Shown piece by piece: positions 54,105-64,000 of a stretch of DNA of 64,000 nt (its first letter is position 1; each line of letters starts with the position of its first letter). The notes under the pieces were generated by a model, which worked only from the letters and a program-made list of their open reading frames with translations, ran no database searches and had not been told where the DNA came from. The translations under genes were made by a program, and so were the position numbers. The stretch lies in NCBI GenBank assembly GCA_964016885.1, contig OZ024740.1, positions 62,620,001-62,684,000 on the forward strand, in the 5' to 3' direction. Origin of the DNA: Eledone cirrhosa. Lineage: Eukaryota.

Positions 54105-55390
54105 TATTAATACTCTTTTTATTTATGGAATATATCTTGTAAATAGAGTTTAATAGAATATGAAAAATCCGAAAATATAAAGAAAATAGAAAACTAAAAC
54201 GGAAAAGGGAGGGAATGGCAAGGACTCTAGTGTCACAGAAGAGGGGGGATGGGGAGGGTGATTGGGCTCTAGTCCTAGGTGCAGCGGTAATGGGGCTGCG
54301 CCCCGCGGCCAAGTCCGCAAAAGCATTCCCGTGGACAATGGCCATCGACACCCGCTGCAACAGCCACCGCATCTCGCGAGGCTCTTTCCTCAAAAGGGCC
54401 GCCGACGTTCCGATCTTGCGGGGTCCAAGTACGCCTGAGGTCTCGACGGTGACCGGTTCGAAGAGGAAGCGGCCAGACAATCCCTGGTATTTGTTTATTT
54501 TCCTTTCCTCTGAATTGTAGGCCGCGGTACCGGGGTTTGTGGCCGAAGCGACTAAGTTGGAGGCGGAGAACGTGTCACAACATGTGGTGTCCCAGATTAG
54601 GGATCTATCTTCTTCGAATAGGAAGACGGCAATTCCGTTGGGGCGCTTGCCGTCTCCGAGGTCAAGGCATGCTGGCTCCAGTTGTGATCGAAAGCCAGGT
54701 ACGTCCTGGCTCCTTCTCAATATGTCGTTGAGATCGGCAATCGGGGAATATACCTGCTATGTGGCGGCAAGACAGTGGGTGCAGGCCGAACTTGTCAACG
54801 ATCATCCTGCAACGGCATTTATGTGGCTCACACACGCAGAGGCCGATGCGTTGGGCTACTCCGATACGAGGGCCCCCGTCATCAAGAAGGGTAGCGGTTG
54901 ATAAGGAGGGCACGAATTGAGCAACGCGCCGCTGATGGGGTGAGAAGCGGAGCGGAGGCAGGAGAGGCGGTTTTGGTCCAAGCCAGACTCGATCCGCCTG
55001 AGAGAAGACCAGCATTTGATATCTTCCCAGTTACATTGGACAGTTGTATACTGGGGGACTGAGAGGCCTTCGCCTGTCCAGTCGGCCAGAATCTGTTCAA
55101 GCTCAGCCCACGTCAGGTTCGGTTGTCATGTTAAAAACCTCGCCAACGAGAGCGCGGCTGGAGGAGATTGAGGAGAGGTAGACAGGTAGAGCCAGATCTG
55201 AAGCTGATCGGAGGCCAAAGCCACTGAAATTCGCTGGAAGCTTCGCCTGTTGCCAGCCGGCGCTGGCGAAGCTGACATTGCAGATGAGTTCCGCACAGCG
55301 TCGAATGGGGATGTCGAGTTCCCCGAGAAGATCTGTGTGGGGATGACAAGGTGCACCACACAGCCTGAACATGAATTTAGAGAGGGCGAA
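54105..55390 (-). mobile_element. 5'-truncated CRE-clade (RLE endonuclease) retrotransposon
   Basis: WQQAKLP..GFGLRSA; CCHC motif HKCRC..VDKFGLHPLSC; RLE motifs KRPNG..LIWDTTC..K..KY..PVTVETSG..LLQRVS..GNA. Confidence 0.85.
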
Positions 55391-55853
55391 GTAAGAAGAA
55401 TGGACTATAGAGAGCTGAGAAGTTAGAGTAAAATAAAGTACAATGACCCAGATAAAACTTGTTTAAAAGCGGCATACGTTTTGTGTTTTATTGTTCATTT
55501 AGGTGAAGGTGGAAGTATAAAAATTAGGGTTAGAGTTAGAATTAGGATTAGTGTTAGTATATATATATGTCAGTATATATATGTTAGTATATATATATAC
55601 ATACTTATACACACACACACACATATATATATAAAATGGAAAACGAAGAATCAGTGATGCATCGGAACTCAATTTATTACGTATTACAATTGTTTTTCCG
55701 GCGAACAGCTCGAGGTGCGATCTGTTTGTGGATCGAACCTGACTCTGCAATCGCAAGTTCTTCAGATACGTCTAGTGATTTCGAAGCAAATTCTCTGTCA
55801 GACTACTCAACCGGCATACCGCCTATGGACGCATCCTAGCAACCATACGACAT

Positions 55854-55928
<75 letters not shown>

Positions 55929-55930
55929 GT

Positions 55931-56253
55931 ATAAATATTTCGTATCTCCAAAGAAATACAGTTTTAGGAAGCCGTAGATATGCTAACGCCCTCTGGTGAT
56001 GTCCAGCAGAAGCAAGGGGGACAACGGTCTATGAATTTCAGGCTAAACTGGCGTTCGTCAGGACGGTCTCTCCTGCCGCTTGCGACTGCTGGACTAGAAG
56101 ACAGCTGAGAATATATACTTTTCTCGTCTGTGTAAATGAGATGATTAATCTCATTTACATATGAAGCTGCATAAGTTGGCTCAACTTATAATAGGTGTTT
56201 GCATAGCTACGGCTTCCTAAAACTGTATTTCTTTGAAGATACGAAATATTTAT
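55931..56253. repeat. 60-bp inverted repeat enclosing a degenerate HHR-like motif and two hairpins
   Basis: 55931-55990 vs 56194-56253. Confidence 0.75.
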
Positions 56254-57360
56254 GTGATGACAAGATGGTTGTGACGGTCGCAGGCTGAGATGGGATGTGG
56301 TGTGGGGGTGGTGGATTGTCGGTAGACAGATTGGCGTGTATTTGTGGCTGATTATTGTGTGTGGTGTGGTGTTGTTGTTTATGGTAATGGTGTTTATGGT
56401 GGTGTGGTGGATGTGTTGGTAGTGTCAAATACAATGAGGAGATACATACCTAGACATACTTAGTTTGACAGAAACGTTGTATACATACACATGCGTATAT
56501 ACACACTGACATATATACACATACACACACATACATACGCATATATATATATATAAATATGTATATACATATATATACATATATATATATATATGTATAT
56601 ACATATACATATACATAAACATACGCACACACATATATACACATGTGTGTGTGTGTGTATATATAGAGAGGGGGGAAAGTGTCAGTGGGTATGGCGTAGT
56701 ACATATATAGAGGGAGGGGGTGAGCCAATGGAGATGGCGTTGTACATATAAATACATATATTTGTGTATATATATATATACATGTATATATACTTGTATC
56801 TAGTGGTGGCGGTGGTGGTGTGTGCGACAGTATATTTACAGGATCGAATTTAATGAAGGATCGTAGGTTAAAAGAGACAGAGGGAACATGGGGGAACACG
56901 TTCGTGGGTGTGGGATAGTAGACATATAGCGATGTTCGCGGTGGTGGGGTGGTGGCGATGGGATGATATGATCGACATTATATTTAGAGGATCGGATGCT
57001 ACAATGGATTACAAGGTAAAACCTGACAGAGAGGACAGATAGAACACAATGGTACTAATATGAGGGGTGTGTTGCGATGTCTCTTTTGGTGGGGGTGATG
57101 TATGCGGTATGATATATACAAAATTTGGACTTACAAAGGGTTACATGTTATAAAACAAATGCACTGAGATGAGGGACGGTGAGACAGGGCAAAGGTGGTT
57201 AATATTATGTTGGGCCATGGTTAGTGTGAGGCCATCAGCCGAATGTGCAGAAAAGGTGTTCAACCTGGTGTGTCTGCAATTGATAATTATGTCCGACCTA
57301 TAGTTTATTGCAGATTTTAATTTAATTATCTCAGCCACCTCGGCCAGGAATAACCTGCAG
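56194..57360 (-). mobile_element. Penelope-like element C-terminus plus low-complexity 3' region
   Basis: CRLFLAEVAEIIKLKSAINYRSDIIINCRH matches the PLE C-terminal motif CxLCxxEK..LNxRxE..CRH. Confidence 0.6.
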
Positions 57361-58980
57361 TGGTTTCTGTCATGACAAAATCATGTTTAATTTGTTTATC
57401 TATTAATCGAAAGCTATGTAAACTAAACAAATGGAAAGGGTGGGTCTCATTTACAAAGAAAAAGTGAATATTAACTACAAGTTTCCAATTTATTATAATA
57501 TTGTAATATCATTTTATTTTATAATAATGGAATATGTTATCAACTTGTTTTCACACACACACAAACAACCACGCTACAGAGGTAGAATATAAATTTTAGT
57601 GTACACATACACATAAACACAGACACACACACATAAACAGTCACACAGAGTTATAATAGAAATTTTAGTGTACATACACACACAGCCCCCCCCCCCCCCC
57701 CCCCTGCATATGTATAAATTGAAATATATTTTATACTTTATATCTAGCTATTTATTTCAGAGATGCACCTGGCTGAATTAATACAATGCTGTGTTGCTTT
57801 TGACAAAGACTGTAATTTATATCTTATTATCACAATGTCTAGGAGATACAGAATGAGAAAAAGTGGTGGGTGTGAGTTTTAACTTTTTGATACTAAACCA
57901 CTTAAAACCACCCATAGTTTTACGATGCAAAAACTATTTGCTTTAAAATGTTTAAATCTAGAAAACTTTCCATCATAACTTTATTAAAAACCTTTAAGTT
58001 ATGTTGAAACAACAATTTAATAATGATTTTTGATCTATGCGTAAGGACAGTAACGTTGAAGGGAAAAATATCGATTAAATCGATTCCAGTACTTGTCTGG
58101 TACTTTACTTTATCAACCGATGTACCTTATTATTCTGATAATCCATCACTCCAAAATGCCAACTTAATAGTAAATTAGAAAATCCCTCTAAAATTTTAGT
58201 ATATTTTCACAGTTATTTGGAAATCAAAGGCAGTGTTTTCATTAGAAATCTAGTGGCAAACGGTGTAGCCTACATAGCGGTAAGCAGATTAGAAACCTTG
58301 CTATATATTGGACACGTGCATTCCTCTATGTTTAGGAAATATACCCAACAAGGCACACGATTTCGTTTTCGATTCCATTCTGCGGCACCATGGGAAATCG
58401 TCTTCTGCTATAGCCACAACTTGGCCAATACTCTGTTAATGAATAGAATATGGCTGACGAAAACTAGTCGGAAATTCTTCATACCCCCCCCCCCCCCCCC
58501 CTCACATACGCCTATGCGTACTTAGGTATTTAAACGGTTGTGTGATTGATACAGTAAGGCGTCAGTTTAATAATTATATATATTGTGGTTTTGTGGACAG
58601 GGCATTATGAAAATTAAAATTAAGTAGCTAATTTTGTAAATATCTCATTGCAATAGGATTTATGATAAAAATATTGCAATGAACCAGGTAATAAAATGAA
58701 TAAATAATTATTTATTCATTAATTATAATTAAATCCAATAAAGATCGCTGTTCATTGTTCTGTCCACTAATCATACACAATTAGACACACACTGATAAGT
58801 GATAACGTGGTGCTCTTGTATACGGTTGTACAGAAGAGTATCATTACATCTAGCTGCGTCTTTCACAGAAAATAATTAGCCAGTCATCAAGTATGAACAT
58901 ACTTAAGAAAAAAAAAAAATAATACTATGATAATATATAGTTTCACATTCTTTTAAATGAAGAAATGTCTTTTTTTACAA

Positions 58981-59535
58981 AGAATACTAATAATTGTTTC
59001 TACTTTTGGCAGTATCGGGAGAGCGTCAGACACCAAGCTTTGCAGCATACACTTATGGCCCTTTACGGTTTAAGTTCAAATCCCGCTGAGTTTAACTTTG
59101 CCTTTCATCCTTACGGGGTCGATAAAATATAGTACCAGTAATACACTGGGGTAATCACTGGCCTTGTGCCAAAAGTAGTAACATTATTATTATTATTGGC
59201 AGATTAGCAGTATGGATAGAGCGTTGGACACTATGCTTTACGGCATAGAGTTATGGCCGTTTACGTTCTGAGTTCAAAATTCTATGCTGCAGAGCATGAT
59301 GTCTGACGTTCTACCGATACTGCCACCCCACCGACCTCAGAATACTAACAATTGTTTCTACATTTGGCACAAGGCCAGCAATTATCTCAGTGCATTACTG
59401 GTATTTTATTTTATCGACCCCGTAAGGATGAAAGACAAAGTTAACCTCGGCGGGATTTGAACTTAAACCGTAAAGGGCCATAACTGTATGCTGCAAAGCA
59501 TGGCGTCCGACCCTCTACCGATACTGCCAATCCAA
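58981..59535. mobile_element. Cluster of four main-SINE pieces in both orientations
   Basis: +59007-59187, +59197-59278, -59281-59333, -59350-59535. Confidence 0.85.
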
Positions 59536-60152
59536 TGACTAAACATTATATCCCTTTTACTGTACCTAAGCTGGAAATCAATATTTGTCTTGTTTTGTGG
59601 TGGTTGTGTAGCCCCAGATCAACCTTGATCGAACAGTCCTGTCAGCAAATGTTTCGGTCATGATCAATGTGTACTTAACTGCTTATAAGAGGGTGAGGTG
59701 TAATTGTTTGACTGGTATATCGAGAGGTTCTCCCATTGGTCCGCTGTTATTAATGGGTGCGGTGAGAGCGGTGGATTGGCAGAGTCAGTAGAGCGTCGGA
59801 CAACTGCTTAGTAGTGCTTGTTCCGGTTCTTTACATTCGGGGTCATCCTGAAGTCGATAAATTAAAGTACCAGTCAAGTACTTGGGTCGATGTCATCGAC
59901 TTTCATTTTCTTCTAACATTGCTGACCTCGTGCCAAAATTAGAAACCATTATGGTTTGATTTATCAGGTGTACATGCTATAGTGGTAATTTGTATGTTTA
60001 TGATATTCTCGAGGTAAACATTATTTAGGAGCAAAATATAGGGTAGTGAGGGTAATGGTTTTTACAGATTATCTTCCTTGGAAATGAGCGTCATATTGCT
60101 CTATTACTACTACTCGTGAAGGTATATAGCATTGTGGTGAGGGGTGTTTCAT

Positions 60153-60440
60153 TCTTCTTCTTCTTCTTCTTCTTCTTCTTCTTCTTCTTCGCCCACTTAT
60201 TAATGAGAGGGTCGTGGAGCCGCAGTCTTCAAACACTTCTTCCAGTGGGTCCTGTCAAAAGCAACCGTCTCCAACTGATCCGGCTGCACCTCCAAGCGAG
60301 ACCAGCCAAGCTCATGGACGTTATCCAACCATCTTGCTCGGGGTCTACCCATGGGTCTCCTACCGGTTGGTTTTGCCTGTAAAATATACCTGGAGATTCT
60401 TTCCTAAGACATTCTATCCACATGTCCCTAGTATCGGAGC
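60153..60440 (-). mobile_element. RTE-like LINE 3' end with (GAA)n tail
   Basis: RRPMGRPRARWLDNV...VAFDRTHWK; (TTC)n at 60153-60190. Confidence 0.75.
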
Positions 60441-61832
60441 TGTAGCTAGAGTGACTCGCTGATCTCCGAGCTACGAACTCTATCGAGTAACCCTACTCCA
60501 AAAACTCTTCAGGGGAACCTTATTACAGCCGTGTGTATTCGTCATTTATTTCACTGGCAAATGTGAACTGTATCTGTAATTCAAAGGGCCAGCATTATCA
60601 AACTGTGATGCTGAATCTCCTTGAGAACTATGTCAAGTGTTCACGAGGTGGCCATTCTGTTGTTAGAAAAACTGGAACACCTATCGCCGAAACCGATGGA
60701 TATCCATTCCATTCTACTACTACCTAATTAGCAAGAAGGCAAAATTATGCAAAAGACTATTGAGTAGATTGAAAAATAGCCTCTATCAATTATAGAAGCT
60801 CCATCTCAGCTTTCCAAGAACGAGGAGCAAATTAATCAGAATATTTTTAATCACGACACAGTTAGCCCGAAGGAAGAACAATTTAATAAGATCCTATTAG
60901 CATCAACGTTAACAGCAACATCATTAATGATTGATGTAGATGGGAAGTGATTAATACAACACACACACACACATGACGCATTTCTATTTATACTGCAGAT
61001 ATATAACAGTTAAAACTTAATTTCCTGCCAGTTAACTGTTAAAATAAGCAGTTATTCTTGGACAGATGTTCCAGATTCTGTATTAGCACATTAATCTAGG
61101 AAACAAAATAATCTGATAAGGTCTATCATTTTCATTAAGAACCATAGCATGAAGTTCCAGTACTCGTCGTATTTAAGGTTTCCTGGATTCATCATCAGCA
61201 CCCCGGAACAAATATTGGTGTTAAACCAGGTGACGTATTAAATCTACTTTAAATGAAACATTTCAGACGAGTGGACTATTAACATGCATAGAAATGGAGA
61301 GGGGGAGCAGTAGACTCTACACCCCAGTCTGAGTGGTGTTTTATTTGTGCCCCCACGGACAAAATGGCAAAGGCATTGCCGCGGAGCATGGCCAGCATAG
61401 AAATCCCAGTGAAGAAGTTGGTTACTGGAAGCCGAGCGCGTCGTTTTCATAAATCCTATTTAGACTGTTTGACTGAATGAAAGTATATATATTCATCCGT
61501 TGTTAGGCCTTTTCTTTCTTAGTGTCGGCTATCTTTGAGTGTACGTGTGTCTCCTATAGGGTAGCTAGAAATACGTAAAAATATTATTATCGTGCAGAAC
61601 TTAACTTAACGTCTTGAACTTTGCACCTCACGAGACCGTCTCGCAAATGAAACATTTTGTCTTCTATGGTGCTGAAAAATATCTTCTTTTCTATCAAGTA
61701 ACTGAAAACGCCATGTTTATGCAATCAAATTTAATTCAATTCAATTTAATTCAATTTAATTTAAATTAATCTGTATATATTTTATTAAGTTTTGAGGCAG
61801 TTTTTGAAAGTATTGTGTCAGTATAACGATTT

Positions 61833-62546
61833 TAATGATTTTAATTGATTGGTAGACCAAACAATGCGTATAAAAATTAAACGTAATGTTTAATTCATAA
61901 CCTTTTCAGTCTAGGCGCTCATTAGTGAATATAAGATCTGTCTTGTTTTTTCACACTAGGAACCTTTTAGTGTTGATTAACAGTCAAATTTTGAAAAACA
62001 TAAGCTTTTGTTGCAGTCATCTTAGAAGCTGCGAGAAGTTGAAGGAACTGATTATAAGTATTTTCTTTTTCCTCGCCTAATTGTGAGATTTAGAATGTGA
62101 AAGGTAGTGACCATATATATAACAGAAAAGCTTTTAGCGTTGATTAACGGTTGAACGAACTTTGGTTGAAATTACATCCTTAGTAGATTTCTTCCTTCCA
62201 AAGTTAGTGACGAAGCTGGCAGTGTCAACGCTTGTTAGCTAATACCAAGCGCTTAAAGTCAAGGCACATCCAATGAAGAAATAGAGTTCACATATATAAG
62301 GATATTTTCTTTTTTTTCTTTTCTATCCTTTTTCTCGGAAATTGGAAGATAGAGACTATATATATTTATATACACACACATGACCATATACGCTATGCTT
62401 TTTCAAGCTTCGACCGTTAACCAACGTTAAAAGTTCCAGGTAAAAAAAAAAAGATCATGTATTCACTGATGAGTCTTTGAGACTGAAACATTTACAATTA
62501 GTTTTTATACGCATTGTCTGGGCTTCCAATAAAGTAAAATTATTAA
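61833..62546. repeat. Old head-to-head inverted pair with HHR-like motif
   Basis: About 61833-62002 vs 62394-62546; CTGATGA...GAAAC at 62466-62489. Confidence 0.6.
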
Positions 62547-62643
62547 TTTAATTCAGTTCGTATTTCGGTTAAACCCTAGATATATGCTTAGAAGAAATAC
62601 GAAATATATTAAAGTGAATTAAATTTTATTATATAAATAGGCT

Positions 62644-62860
62644 GGGCGGTGGATTGGCAGTATCGGTAGAGGGCCGGACGCCATTATTTCCAGCATAGAG
62701 TTACGGCCCTTTATGATCTGAGTTCAAATCCTGCCGAGGTTAACTCTGCCTTTCATCCTTACGGGGTCGATAAAATAAAGTACCAGTCGCGCACTGGGGT
62801 CGATTTAATCGACTTTTCCCTCCCCCAAAATTGCTGACCTTGTGCCTATATAAGAAACCA
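62644..62860 (+). mobile_element. Full-length SINE (long-tail variant) with TSD
   Basis: TSD TTATATAAATAGG at 62629-62641 and 62861-62873. Confidence 0.92.
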
Positions 62861-64000
62861 TTATATAAATAGGGCATCTTGAGATGCTTTACATAATTTT
62901 ATCCGTTTCTCTCTTTTACACAAAGAAAAACTATAAACCAATCAGTGAATTGATTTTATTTGACGGAAAGGGGAGCTATTGTGAAAAGGAAAATTAGATA
63001 GAAATCAACTGAGGTGATTGTTCTTCAAAACAAAATTATATTGGAGTTAGTAGATGAAGTCAGTAGAATATATTATAAGCTGGTAAGGAAACTAGAGACT
63101 ATATGTATATATAGACACGTAATTCCTGATGGATTCATATGAGGACCCTCGTGACATTGAGCAATATAAATCTGGCGGAGCTCATAACCACCCTAGGTCT
63201 GATCACAGCTGATTTCTTCCAGAGAAGGAAAGCTAGGGGTGGGGGTGGGGTGGTGGAGGGGGAAGTGAAAAAGAGATATAGATGAAGAATCGACTCCAGT
63301 ACTAGACTGATACTTTTTTATCGATCTAAAGATGAAAAGAAAAGTTGACTTTGGTGGGTTTTGAACTCAGCGCATAATGTCGGAACAAATACTCCGAATC
63401 ATTCCATCCGACGACTCAATTCGCTACCTTCAAATTAGAAAATATTTTAAAGGATAAACAACAGAAGCTTAAAGAATGACAAGAATACTTTTTATCTATC
63501 TCTTTTAAAATGTAGCTCTTAGTAGTGTGCGTTCATTTCTTGAATTAAAGATAAACGAATTTGATAATAATTCACAAGATAGAAAAGGTGACGAGTGTAT
63601 AACAAAAGGAAGGTATAATTCTCAAAGGTTTTCTCCCTTAAGACTGCAGCTGTAGTATTAGTTCTGTGGACTTTACTATATTTCAAGTATCAAGAGCTTC
63701 AGAAAACAATAGTTTCAAAAGAAAAGAAATACAATTACATCATAGAAGCAACCTAGCCATTTAAAAACACACCGAGAAACAGCGTCAGGAATCATGGTGC
63801 AAATAACGCGACACCAAGAAATAAAGGATGAATGTAAAATGAATTTAAACGTGTTTTTGAATGGAAGAAATGACTTTTCCACGAACTAATTGCTTTAGTT
63901 TTAATACACGGTATCAGATCAAATCACATTTCGAAAGCTACAGACACGTTTCAAAAGAGATGATTCTCTATATATTCCCATTGCTCTAATAATTTTCGAA

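Noticed and set aside
55636-55839. Acidic Ser-rich ORF
   Set aside because: No recognisable domain or splice support

Overview
AT-rich eukaryotic DNA packed with microsatellites and transposable elements. I found no recognisable host gene, rRNA, true tRNA gene or CRISPR array. The SINE families look like those of Octopus, so an octopod cephalopod origin is likely (inference). Recognisable elements: a Chapaev3-type DNA transposon with intact TIRs and TTA TSD, Penelope-like element (PLE) RT/GIY-YIG remnants, and Tx1/L1, CRE, CR1, RTE, I-clade (RNase H) and R4-like LINE fragments. There are also Tigger, mariner and hAT relics, dozens of tRNA-derived SINE copies and a 200-N gap. The most notable signal is a set of non-coding, head-to-head palindromic mini-elements, mostly inserted in (TA)n tracts. 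They carry type I hammerhead ribozyme (HHR) motifs near their outer ends and belong to several unrelated sequence families. Shared features are variable fold-back points, a one-sided tail, often palindromic stem III, and in two families a non-canonical CCGANGA core. They look like non-autonomous, ribozyme-bearing PLE derivatives. All coordinates were read by eye; boundaries of degraded elements are approximate.
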